Positions 8,060 through 17,096 of a stretch of DNA of 30,253 nt are shown piece by piece. The first letter of the stretch is position 1, and each line of letters starts with the position of its first letter. The stretch lies in NCBI GenBank assembly GCA_965369935.1, contig CBDUSX010000001.1, positions 1-30,253 of the forward strand. Direction: 5' to 3'. The DNA is from an uncultured bacterium. Its GTDB lineage: Bacteria; SAR324; JACQKK01. Under the pieces are notes generated by a model. It worked only from the letters and a program-made list of their open reading frames with translations. It did not search any database and was not told where the DNA came from. The position numbers and the translations under genes are program-made.

Positions 8060-8836
8060 ATGAAGCCCCAAAGCACATTAACCTTTATCATCTCAAGAAA
8101 TTACGGTCACCCCATTTCCCTCAGCCTTCCCGTGTGGCGGGTGTACCTGGGTGGCACGCTGCTGGTGCTGGTGCTGGCGGGAATGTTCTTGATGAGTGTG
8201 CTCTTTCTGGCCACCTATCCCCGCATGCGCACCCTGGAGCGGGAGCGCGACGCGCTCAGGAGCGAGCGGGACGCTCTGCGCGATCAGGTGCTCTCCGCGA
8301 ACCAGAAGGCCTTCGATCTCAAGGAGTCACGGATCGCGCTGGGCGGGCCCAACGGCAACGCCGCGGGCGTGGAGGCCAGAGCCAGCCGATCCGACGGGGA
8401 TTCGCCAAGCGGCTACCAGCCCCCCATCGAGATCACGTCCATCAAGGCCAACGTGAACCGCAAAACGGTGGAGGTGGTGTTCCGCATCTCCGCCCAGGGC
8501 GACCCGCTGCGCAACCGGGGGGGGTTCCTGTTCGCCGTGTTTGAAAACACCGACGTGCGGCCCAGGGTGTTCGTGGCCAGTCCCACGGTGGGGCTCAACA
8601 CGGAAGGGTTTCCGGCCACCTACAAATCCGGCATCCGCTTTCCGCGGGTGCGCAACACGGTGACCTATCGGCGCAGGGTGCGCCGCCAGGGGCAGGAGGA
8701 ATACTTCACCCACGTCACCCTGTATCTTTTCTCCCTGCGCGGCGGGCTGCTGGTCAAGGACCGCTTCGAGCTCGAGCGGGAGCTGTTCGTCAAGGCGATC
8801 TCCCGCCGCGGGGCTGCGCAGCCCGGGGTCTCCTAG
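8060..8836 (+). CDS. Single-pass membrane protein with a coiled coil and a C-terminal beta-rich domain, upstream of bactofilin (258 aa)
   Basis: AGGAG upstream of ATG 8060; hydrophobic span YLGGTLLVLVLAGMFLMSVLFL; heptad repeat ERERDALRSERDALR; alternating beta-strand pattern in the C-terminal half; no M23 HxxxD/HxH motifs. Confidence 0.8.
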   Translation: MKPQSTLTFIISRNYGHPISLSLPVWRVYLGGTLLVLVLAGMFLMSVLFLATYPRMRTLERERDALRSERDALRDQVLSANQKAFDLKESRIALGGPNGNAAGVEARASRSDGDSPSGYQPPIEITSIKANVNRKTVEVVFRISAQGDPLRNRGGFLFAVFENTDVRPRVFVASPTVGLNTEGFPATYKSGIRFPRVRNTVTYRRRVRRQGQEEYFTHVTLYLFSLRGGLLVKDRFELERELFVKAISRRGAAQPGVS

Positions 8837-8899
8837 GGAAGGCGTGCGCCACCGGCGCGGAAACACGGAATTTTGAAAGCAACTCGTTCGGGAAGCAAT

Positions 8900-9394
8900 A
8901 TGTTCTGGCGGAAAAACGACAACTCGGATAACGGCGCGGACGCCCCGGCAGAGCAGGCCTCCACGGCCCCGGTTTCCAAGGCCCCTGCCTCCAAGGAAAT
9001 CGGAATGCTGGGGGTGGATACCCGCTTTAAGGGCAATATCCGCTTCAAGGGCACCCTCCGGCTGGACGGGGAGGTGGACGGCACCATCTCTTCCCAGGAA
9101 GGCAGCGGCTCCATGCTGATCGTCAATCAGGAGGCCGTGGTGACCGGAAACATCACCTCGGATACCGTGCTCATCGGCGGCAAGGTGCGGGGCAACATCA
9201 AGGCCATGAACCGCGTGGAGATTTACCGCTCAGGGCAATTGAAGGGCGACGTGTACACCGGAGACATCATGATCGAGGGTGGCGCTGAATTCGAGGGCAG
9301 TTGCTGCATGATCAACAGCCTTCCGCCCGGACAGCGGGAAAAGGTGCTCGAGACCGCATTCACCAAAGCCGGCCACGGCGCGAGATCGGGATAG
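8900..9394 (+). CDS. Bactofilin (polymer-forming cytoskeletal protein, 164 aa)
   Basis: Beta-helix repeats LGVDTRFKGNIRF, LDGEVDGTI, VTGNI, GKVRGNI, LKGDVYT, IEGGAEFEGSC. Short aromatic/basic N-terminus MFWRK is typical of bactofilin membrane-targeting ends. Confidence 0.95.
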   Translation: MFWRKNDNSDNGADAPAEQASTAPVSKAPASKEIGMLGVDTRFKGNIRFKGTLRLDGEVDGTISSQEGSGSMLIVNQEAVVTGNITSDTVLIGGKVRGNIKAMNRVEIYRSGQLKGDVYTGDIMIEGGAEFEGSCCMINSLPPGQREKVLETAFTKAGHGARSG

Positions 9395-9509
9395 GGCTTA
9401 AAGCGCCCCTGCCGTCCGGCTAAGCGATCGCCGGCGGCAGGCCGCAACAAGAAAAACCGGCCCCATGGAGGAGCCGGGGAAGTGCCCGCAAAGCTCCAAG
9501 GATGAACCA

Positions 9510-12335
9510 ATGAGCATGACGGCTCCGCGCACAGGGTATGGATCGGTACTGCTCGGGCTGGCGGTGTTCCTGCTTGTTTCCGCCCCCGCTTTGGCCCAGG
9601 CTCCCGGCGGCTCCCCCGCCGCCGGGGGCGCTTCGGAAATTGTGGGCTTGCGACTCCGCAAGGACGGGGGCCAGCTCAACCTGCACTTTATTTTCAGCGC
9701 CCCGCCCAGCTTCGAGTTGGTGGAGAACCTGGCCCGGCGGGTGGTGGTGGTCAAGTTCCGCAACGCCCGCGCAGCCTTTCCCGGCGCCCAGCAGCAGTTC
9801 CTGTTCAACGATCCCATGGTGGAAGGGGTGGCCTTCGAGGCCGTGTCGGACACCGACACCTGGGCCAAGATCCGCCTGCGCGGCACCAATCTCGCCTTCC
9901 AGGTGGTGACGCCCCCTGACCCCAATCAGATGGTGGTCGGATTCAGGGTGGCCCCGCCTTCGCGCTCGATCGGGCTGGGGCGGGTTTCCCTGCGGCGGGA
10001 GGAAGGGGCCACCCGGGTCGTGCTCGATCTGTCCCGCCTGCCCCGCTACGAAAGCCAACAGGACGGCAGCAGCTATCTGGTGCGCCTGCTTGGGGTCACG
10101 CCGCGGCTGCGCACGCCGTTGCGGGGTGGGGATGAGCGGCTGCAACTGGTCAGCCTGGAGCAGGACGGGGAGGACACGCTGCTCCAGATCAAGCTGAACC
10201 GCGAAAATCTGCGCACCTCACCCCTGCTGCTCACCGGCCCTCCGCGGCTGGTGTTCGTGTTCCGCGACCCGCCGGCGCCCGGCCAGGCTTCCGTGGCGGC
10301 GCGAGGGCCCGCGAAGGCCGCCGCGCGGCGCGGCGAATCCGTGGAGCTCCTGCTGCGGGCGGAGCCGAATTCGTTCCTGCGTTCCTCTTACACCCTGGCC
10401 GAGCGGGAGTTTCGCGCGGGCAGCTTCCCTGCGGCGCGGCGGAATTTCATGCGGGTGTTCCGCGCCCGCCCGCGGGAGAAGCTGGGCATCCGGGCGTTGT
10501 TCCGCGCCGCCGACGCACAGTACGAGCAGTTGGTGAGTCAGGAGGCCAGGAATTTCCACGGGGTCATCATCAACTACCAGGGCGCCATCCGGGCGGCGAA
10601 CGAGGCAGGATACGACACCCAACTGATTCCCCACGCTTTCTTCAAGATCGGGCGCAGCTATCAGCACATGGACATCCATCACGAGGCGAACGTCCATTTT
10701 CGCATCCTGCAGGACAAGTTCCCCCCCGACAGCATCTACACCAGCGACTCGTACTTTTACCAGGGGCAGAGCTACATCCGCACGGGCAAGTACGAGGACG
10801 CCATCAAGGCCCTGCGGACGTTTCTGGAGCGGGAAGGCGACCCGGGCCTGATCGCCCCGGCTCACTATGGTCTGGGCGATTCCCTTTACAACCTGAAGCG
10901 CTTCTCCGAGGCCAGGCGGGAGTTCGACCGCGGGCGGAAGCTGAACAAGGACTACCCCAACGACCATCCGGTGGTGCTGTTCCGCATGGGGGAAACCTAT
11001 TACGAGAACGCGGAATTCGACATCGCGCGCAGCGTGTACCGGGAGCTGCTGGCCCGCTACCCCGCCAAGCCCTACACCAAGCTGGTGGGGCTGCGCCTGG
11101 GCGATTTCCTGCGGGAGGAAGGCAAGGAAACCGACGCCCTGCGCATCTACAAGCAAGTCGCCGAGAACGCCCCCCTGGAGATCGAGTTGCGGGCGAAAAT
11201 TCGCATCGCCAACATCTTCGCAAGCCGCCCCGTGGGGGACGACTTCAAGAAGGCGCTGGCCACCTACAACGAGGTGATCAAGGCGGGGGGGAAGCGGCCG
11301 GTGGTGCAGGAGGCGCTGATGCGCAAGGCCCTCACCCACACCCTGCACGAACAGCACCGCGAGGCCATCGCCGCTTTCGAGGAATTGACCAAGAAGCATC
11401 CCAACAGCTCATACGTGCGCCTGAAGGTGGTGAAATCCAATCTGGTGGAGAATCTGAAATCGCTGGTGGACACCCTGTTCGCGGAAAAAAAATACTGGGA
11501 GGTGGTCAAGGTCTACTCCAAGTACAGGACCGCCTATTTCCGCAATTTCCGCTTCAACTTCACCCTGTTCCAGGTGGCCCGGGCCTATCACTTCCTGGGG
11601 CTGCATGATGAAGCCCTCAGGATGTATGATAGAATCCTCAAGCACAAGCCGGGCTCCCTGCGCACCGTGATTGAATATCAGAAGGCCCTGGCCCATGCGG
11701 ACAAGGACGACCTGGGCAAGGCGGAGGACAGCCTGCTGAAATTCATCAAAGCCTATCCCAAGGACCGCTACAATACCGATGCGCGCATGAAGGTGGGGAA
11801 GGTCTATTTCGAGGGCAGGCGCTACCAGGACGCCCTGGACGCCTACCGGATCATTCAGCAGGAATTTGAGAAGACCGGCAATGCGGACCTGCAGGAGGCC
11901 CTGCCGGTGGTGTTGTTCCAACTGGGAAACATCCACAAGGAGTTGGGGCAACTGAAGGAAGCGGTGGACGCTTACAAGGCAGTGGAGGAAAACTTCCACT
12001 ACCCCCTGCAGGGAGACAACGTGCCCGGGCACGTCATCCTCAGCCAATTCGCCCTGGGGGACGTGCTGTTCGATCTGGGGCAGGACGCGGAGGCCATGGC
12101 GGCATACGAGAGGGCCATCGGCCGCTATCCCGAGCATGCCAAGGCGCCCTGGGCGCGCTTCCAGATCGGGCTCATTCACCGCCGCAACGGACGGGAGCGC
12201 AAGGCCCTGGAGACCTTCAACGAGCTGGTGGAGCTGGCCAAGTCCAGGCCCGGCGAACTGTGGGAAACCCTGGCCAAGGAAAATCAGCGCGACCTGGTAA
12301 ATTCCCTGGGCTATCAGGACTACTTGAAGCAATGA
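9510..12335 (+). CDS. Secreted protein with N-terminal AMIN-like beta domains and a long TPR array (941 aa)
   Basis: Signal peptide ending ALA-Q; two beta-rich repeats, the second ending GPPRLVFVF (AMIN-like); many TPR units (AxYxLGxxY patterns). AAGGA RBS before ATG 9510. Confidence 0.85.
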   Translation: MSMTAPRTGYGSVLLGLAVFLLVSAPALAQAPGGSPAAGGASEIVGLRLRKDGGQLNLHFIFSAPPSFELVENLARRVVVVKFRNARAAFPGAQQQFLFNDPMVEGVAFEAVSDTDTWAKIRLRGTNLAFQVVTPPDPNQMVVGFRVAPPSRSIGLGRVSLRREEGATRVVLDLSRLPRYESQQDGSSYLVRLLGVTPRLRTPLRGGDERLQLVSLEQDGEDTLLQIKLNRENLRTSPLLLTGPPRLVFVFRDPPAPGQASVAARGPAKAAARRGESVELLLRAEPNSFLRSSYTLAEREFRAGSFPAARRNFMRVFRARPREKLGIRALFRAADAQYEQLVSQEARNFHGVIINYQGAIRAANEAGYDTQLIPHAFFKIGRSYQHMDIHHEANVHFRILQDKFPPDSIYTSDSYFYQGQSYIRTGKYEDAIKALRTFLEREGDPGLIAPAHYGLGDSLYNLKRFSEARREFDRGRKLNKDYPNDHPVVLFRMGETYYENAEFDIARSVYRELLARYPAKPYTKLVGLRLGDFLREEGKETDALRIYKQVAENAPLEIELRAKIRIANIFASRPVGDDFKKALATYNEVIKAGGKRPVVQEALMRKALTHTLHEQHREAIAAFEELTKKHPNSSYVRLKVVKSNLVENLKSLVDTLFAEKKYWEVVKVYSKYRTAYFRNFRFNFTLFQVARAYHFLGLHDEALRMYDRILKHKPGSLRTVIEYQKALAHADKDDLGKAEDSLLKFIKAYPKDRYNTDARMKVGKVYFEGRRYQDALDAYRIIQQEFEKTGNADLQEALPVVLFQLGNIHKELGQLKEAVDAYKAVEENFHYPLQGDNVPGHVILSQFALGDVLFDLGQDAEAMAAYERAIGRYPEHAKAPWARFQIGLIHRRNGRERKALETFNELVELAKSRPGELWETLAKENQRDLVNSLGYQDYLKQ

Positions 12336-13717
12336 CCAGCAAGACCGCCCACACCAAGCCGGCCCCGGCGATGGCCCTGGACCTGCGCGAGTTGCAGGCC
12401 CGGGTGGAGACGCTGCAACTGGAGTTGGCCCAGAAAAACCTGGAAATGGCCCAGAAGGACCTGTTGGTCAACCAGGGCCACCAAGCCTTTTTGCAGGCCG
12501 CGGAGAAGCTGCAGGAATCCTACAAGCGCCTGCAAAAAGAAGTGGCCGGGCTCAACCTCGAACTGGACCAAAAGAACAAGGAGCTGGAACGCAACCTGAT
12601 CGAAATGGACAAGGTCAAGAACTACCTGTCCGATATCTTCGAAAGCCAGGCCAATGGCGTGTTCGTGACCGACATGGAAGCCAGGGTGACCACGGTCAAC
12701 CGGGCCGGCCTGCGCATGCTGGGCGAGCGGGCGGATTCCCTGGCCGGCCGGCCGCTCAACGAGGTGCTGCGCTGCGAGATCATTCCCGTCCGGACGCATC
12801 ACGAGGGCGGGGCGGAGCCCATGGCCGAGTTCGACGAGAACATCACCTTCGCCCGGGACGACGGGGAGACGCTCAGGTTGCAGGCCTCCCTCACGGTGAT
12901 GACCGGGGAGAACCAGGAGCCGCAGGGCTACATCGTCAACGTGCAGGACGTGACCCAGCTCAAGAAACTGGAGGAGCACGCCGAGCGGCGCAACCGCTTT
13001 ACGGCCATGGGGGAAATGGCGGCGAACATAGCCCATGAAATCCGCAATCCCCTGGGCAGCATCGAGTTGTTCGCCTCCCTGGTCAGGAAGGGCCTGCCCC
13101 ACGGGGACGAGAAACTGGAGTTGGTGAACCACATCTCCAACGGCGTGGCCAGCATGAACCACATCATCTCCAACCTGCTGGAGTACACCAAGCCCCGCCC
13201 GTTGACCCTGCAAAAAGTGGACGCGCACCAGTTGGTGACGGAAGTGGCGGAGTTCACCAGCTTCAGCGCCTCGCACAACAAGGTGCGGTTTGCGCTGGCG
13301 CTGAAGGCGAAACAGCACCGCATCAACGGTGATCCCGAGCATTTGAAGCAGGTGTTTCACAACCTGATCCTCAACGCCGTTCAGGCCATGCCGGAAGGAG
13401 GCAAACTGACCATCGCCTCTCGCTCCCGCACGCTCACCAATGCCCGGCAGCTTTCCCGGCTGGGCGACGGCGCCGGCCAGGGGGCGCAGCGCAGGGAGGT
13501 GGTGGAGTTGAGTTTCACGGACACCGGCTGCGGGATGAGCGAGGACATTCAGAAACAGATCTTCGACCCTTTTTTTTCCACCAGGTCACTGGGAACGGGG
13601 CTGGGCCTGGCGATCGTGCACAACATCATCGAATCTCACCACGGAGTGATAGACGTGGAAAGCCGGGACCGCCAGGGCACGACCTTCGTCCTGATGTTTC
13701 CCCTGATCGCAAAATAG
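12332..13717 (+). CDS. Cytoplasmic PAS histidine kinase, FleS/FlgS-like (461 aa)
   Basis: Coiled coil FLQAAEKLQESYKRLQKEVAGLNLEL; PAS region; H-box AHEIRNPL; N-box NLILNAVQAM; DTGCGM; FDPFFST; GTGLGL. No TM helix. ATGA overlap with the TPR gene. Confidence 0.93.
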   Translation: MTSKTAHTKPAPAMALDLRELQARVETLQLELAQKNLEMAQKDLLVNQGHQAFLQAAEKLQESYKRLQKEVAGLNLELDQKNKELERNLIEMDKVKNYLSDIFESQANGVFVTDMEARVTTVNRAGLRMLGERADSLAGRPLNEVLRCEIIPVRTHHEGGAEPMAEFDENITFARDDGETLRLQASLTVMTGENQEPQGYIVNVQDVTQLKKLEEHAERRNRFTAMGEMAANIAHEIRNPLGSIELFASLVRKGLPHGDEKLELVNHISNGVASMNHIISNLLEYTKPRPLTLQKVDAHQLVTEVAEFTSFSASHNKVRFALALKAKQHRINGDPEHLKQVFHNLILNAVQAMPEGGKLTIASRSRTLTNARQLSRLGDGAGQGAQRREVVELSFTDTGCGMSEDIQKQIFDPFFSTRSLGTGLGLAIVHNIIESHHGVIDVESRDRQGTTFVLMFPLIAK

Positions 13718-13790
13718 CAAGGGCAAATTGCGCGGCCGTCCGGAGCATGGAGCTCCCCGCCACCGCCGGAGCCCGCACCATTGGAGGCAT

Positions 13791-15278
13791 ATGGACCCGA
13801 TCCTGATCGTAGACGACGAAGTGGAGATGCGCATAGCCATGTCCGAGACGCTCAAGCATTCCGGATACCCGGTGGAACTCTCGCACAATGCCATTGACGC
13901 GCTGAACAAGTGCAAGAAGAACCCGTATTCCATGGTCATCACGGACATGACCATGCCCAAGCGCAGCGGCATCGAGCTGCTCAAGGACATCCGCAAGCTC
14001 AGCGACGCCATGCCCGTGGTGATGGTCACCGCTTATGGAACCATAGAAACGGCGGTGGAAGCCATGAAGGTGGGGGCGTTCGACTACATTCTCAAGCCCT
14101 TCAAGTTCGACGTGTTCACCTTCGTCGTGGAACGCGCCCTGGCCCTGGCGGAGGAAAGCAAGAGAACGCGCAAGGACAAGCCGACCGTCACGGAAATCAA
14201 GGGGCCGGCGCCGGCGGCCGACGCGCGTAGTACCATCGTCACCTCCGATCCGGCGATTCAGCAGCTGCTGGGCGTGGCGGAGAACATCGCCCAGTCCAAG
14301 GCCACCGTGCTGGTGCAGAGCGAGACCGGCACCGGCAAGGAACTGCTGGCCCGCTACATCCACATCCATTCCGACCGGGCGGACGGCCCGTTCGTGGCGG
14401 TCAACTGCGCCGCCCTGCCTGAGACCCTGCTGGAAAGCGAGCTGTTCGGCCATCGCAAGGGCGCTTTCACCGGGGCTGTGCAGGATTACAAGGGGCGCTT
14501 CGAGCAGGCCAACGGCGGCACCATCCTGCTGGACGAGATCAGCGAGATGGCCACGCCCCTGCAGGCCAAGCTGCTGCGGGTGTTGCAGGAGCACGAGGTG
14601 GACCGCATCGGAGGCAAGGAGCCCATCGCGGTGGACATCCGCGTCATCGCCACGACCAACTGCGACCTCTTCGCGCGGGTGGAAGAGGGCAGGTTCCGCG
14701 AGGATCTCTATTTCCGCCTGAACGTGATTCCGTTGCAGTTGCCCCCGTTACGGGAGCGGAAAGGGGATATTCCGCTGCTGGCCAACCACTTCGTCAAGGT
14801 GCATGCGGCCCGCAACGGCCGCAAGCCGCTGGCCATCTCCGCGGCGGCCATGGAGGTGCTGTGCCATTACAACTGGCGCGGCAACGTGCGGGAGCTGGAA
14901 AACGTGATGGAGCGCGCCCTGCTGCTGTGCTCAGAGACAGATATCCAGCCCCAGCACCTGCTGATGGGCCAGAGTACCATCGCCGACATCGCGGCTTTGT
15001 CCGCCCCCAAGGGAAAGGGAAAAGGAAAGCAGGCCGCCACGGCAGGCAAGGGGAAGGCCGCGGCCTCCGGCAGCAACGGCAGCGGTGCGATGGGCATCGG
15101 GGTGGGCATGTCCATGCGCGAGGCGGAGAAGAAGCTGATCTTCGAGACCCTGCGCGAACTGAAGGGCAACCGCACCCAGGCGGCCAAGATGCTTTCCATC
15201 AGCATCCGCACCCTGCGCAACAAGCTGAGCGAATATTCGGCCGACGGCGAGAAGTTCGACTTCGATGTGAAGGATTAG
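13791..15278 (+). CDS. Sigma54-dependent response regulator (REC-AAA+-Fis HTH), FleR/FlbD-like (495 aa)
   Basis: GGAGG RBS; receiver DDE...DMTMP...KP; Walker A SETGTGKE; GAFTGA; LDEISE; DLYFRL; WRGNVREL; HTH GNRTQAAKMLSISIRTLRNKL. Confidence 0.95.
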   Translation: MDPILIVDDEVEMRIAMSETLKHSGYPVELSHNAIDALNKCKKNPYSMVITDMTMPKRSGIELLKDIRKLSDAMPVVMVTAYGTIETAVEAMKVGAFDYILKPFKFDVFTFVVERALALAEESKRTRKDKPTVTEIKGPAPAADARSTIVTSDPAIQQLLGVAENIAQSKATVLVQSETGTGKELLARYIHIHSDRADGPFVAVNCAALPETLLESELFGHRKGAFTGAVQDYKGRFEQANGGTILLDEISEMATPLQAKLLRVLQEHEVDRIGGKEPIAVDIRVIATTNCDLFARVEEGRFREDLYFRLNVIPLQLPPLRERKGDIPLLANHFVKVHAARNGRKPLAISAAAMEVLCHYNWRGNVRELENVMERALLLCSETDIQPQHLLMGQSTIADIAALSAPKGKGKGKQAATAGKGKAAASGSNGSGAMGIGVGMSMREAEKKLIFETLRELKGNRTQAAKMLSISIRTLRNKLSEYSADGEKFDFDVKD

Positions 15279-15385
15279 GCGCCGCGGGAAAGCGCGCGTC
15301 ACCCGGCGGCCGCCTGCATCCGCTCCCGAATGGCCTCGCCGGTCCCGCCTCCCGCGGGCGGCTCAGCGGAGCGGTTTCCCGGGTC

Positions 15386-16402
15386 CTAGAAGAACATCAG
15401 CAGGGAGAGGGTCAGGGTGTCTCCGAAGGGATGGTTGAAGCCCCGATTCACCTTCTCCACTTCCAGCCGCACCTGATAGGGAAATCCCACCGGCCCCTCC
15501 TCCAGATCCGCCAGATTGCCCAGCCCGAGCAGCAGGCGCAAAGTCTGCGCCTTCTCTCCGTCGAACAGGTTCTCCCCGCCGAGGCGGTTGTCCCGGAGAT
15601 CTATCCTTTCCAGTTCAAAGCCGTAGGAGAAGATGCCGATATCCTGAGTCCAGTTGAATTTGAGCAAAATCTGGTTGCCGGGGATCAGCCGTTGTTTCTG
15701 TCCGGAGGTGGTGTCCACCGATCGTTGAATGCCCCGCCGCACCTTAAACCTCACGTCGAAACGGGCCCGCGGCAGCGCAGGATAGCGGGTATAGTGGATA
15801 AAAAAGAACATCCAGCGCACCGGTGTGCTCAGGTCGAAGGTGCTGGAATCGTGGTAGGGCGATTGCTGGCCCGCGCCGGGCAAGGTCAGCCCGTAGGCCC
15901 AAATGAACGCGTTCGAGTCGGAAAAGACGGGGCGATGCAAGCTGGTGAATTCGATCTCCCCGATTCCGCTGATGGAGTCGGATTGCAGGCGGGCCACCGT
16001 GGCCACCGCCTCCGCCGACCCGGAGGTGGCGAGGGTGGAGTTTTGCTTCATGTCCAGCAAGGGGAGGTTGAGGGAGATGTTCCAGGTGTCCGACAGGCCC
16101 AGGGTGAAGCGGAAGTCGTAGCGGGTGATTTCACGCTCGATGTCCCCGCTGATCTGGCCGCGGATGGAGGCCTCTGGAATGGCGTAGTCCTTAAACGTCT
16201 GCGACTTGCTGAGGCGGCTGATGGCCCTGTCCTGGGTTACCGTGCGCAGGGTAAAGCCGGTGAACAGCGTGCCCTCCGGCACGAACTCGTCGTCCACGGC
16301 GGCGGGCGCCAGGGCGGGCAGCAGCAGCACCAGCACCATGGCCAGCAGGGCTGTCTTTCGCGCGCCCGCGTACAGGCGGGGGCCGGGGTTGGCTGGCCTC
16401 AT
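15386..16402 (-). CDS. Putative outer-membrane beta-barrel protein (338 aa; transporter/MetA-deg-like)
   Basis: Signal peptide LLAMVLVLLLPALAPA; alternating amphipathic strands (RYDFRFTLGL, WNISLNLP, FSYGFELE, YQVRLEVE); SGIGEIEF resembles the GxGD motif; terminal Phe. ATGA overlap with the maf stop. Confidence 0.7.
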   Translation of the reverse strand: MRPANPGPRLYAGARKTALLAMVLVLLLPALAPAAVDDEFVPEGTLFTGFTLRTVTQDRAISRLSKSQTFKDYAIPEASIRGQISGDIEREITRYDFRFTLGLSDTWNISLNLPLLDMKQNSTLATSGSAEAVATVARLQSDSISGIGEIEFTSLHRPVFSDSNAFIWAYGLTLPGAGQQSPYHDSSTFDLSTPVRWMFFFIHYTRYPALPRARFDVRFKVRRGIQRSVDTTSGQKQRLIPGNQILLKFNWTQDIGIFSYGFELERIDLRDNRLGGENLFDGEKAQTLRLLLGLGNLADLEEGPVGFPYQVRLEVEKVNRGFNHPFGDTLTLSLLMFF

Positions 16403-16983
16403 AGGGTGATCCATCCCCTGTCCAGCAGGTCCCACACGATCGCGTCCATGGGAAATCCCACCACAGTGCTCCAGGAACCCTCGATGCGCTCCACCATTGC
16501 GCCGCCCATGCCCTGGATGGCATAAGCCCCCGCCTTGTCCCGTGTTTCCTGCAGGCGGCTGTACCACTCGATCCACGCTTGGGGCAGGGTGCGGAAGGTG
16601 ACCAGGGTTTCCGGGGCTTGGGTATAATTCGCGCCGGTGGCTCCGTCCAGCAGGGTGTAGGCGGAGAGCACCCGGTGGGTCCTGCCCGAAAGACGGCCGA
16701 TCATGTCCGCGGCCTCCTCCCCGTCCCTGGGTTTGCCCATGATGTCCCCGTCCAGCACCACCACCGTGTCGCCGGCGAGGATGATGTGATCGGCGTGGCT
16801 GCTCCTGGCTTCCCCGGCCTTCAGGGCGGCCAGGCGCTTCACGTAGTCCGGCGGGTCTTCTCCGGCCAGGCGCTGCTCGTCCACCTCCACCGGATGGACG
16901 GAGAACTCCAAGCCGTATTGCGCCAGCAGGTCCCGCCTCCGGGGGGAGGCGGAGGCCAGGCAGAAGGGGCGGGTCTGTTTCAT
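16399..16983 (-). CDS. maf: Maf-family nucleoside triphosphate pyrophosphatase, YhdE-type (194 aa)
   Basis: LASASPRR, GDTVV, GKP, DKAGAYAIQG, VVGFP. The R/T/Q signature points to the YhdE (dTTP/UTP) subtype. Confidence 0.95.
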   Translation of the reverse strand: MKQTRPFCLASASPRRRDLLAQYGLEFSVHPVEVDEQRLAGEDPPDYVKRLAALKAGEARSSHADHIILAGDTVVVLDGDIMGKPRDGEEAADMIGRLSGRTHRVLSAYTLLDGATGANYTQAPETLVTFRTLPQAWIEWYSRLQETRDKAGAYAIQGMGGAMVERIEGSWSTVVGFPMDAIVWDLLDRGWITL

Positions 16984-17096
16984 GGCGCAACAGTCATGGC
17001 CTGCGGGGGAGCAAGGCATGCCCCGGGAGGATTCCTGCTTCAACCTCCCTGTTTTGGCAGCCTGCGGTTTGTGAGATCAAAGGCGGTTTCAGGATG

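Noticed and set aside
9395-9509. Possible -24/-12 element (CGGCTAAGCGATCGC) before the TPR gene
   Set aside because: Only the GG/GC spacing fits and the other consensus positions fail, so it is likely chance in GC-rich DNA.
15005-15095. Lys/Gly/Ala low-complexity stretch (KGKGKGK...GKGKAAASGSNGSG) in the sigma54 activator
   Set aside because: It is the variable linker between the AAA+ and HTH domains, where such sequence is common.
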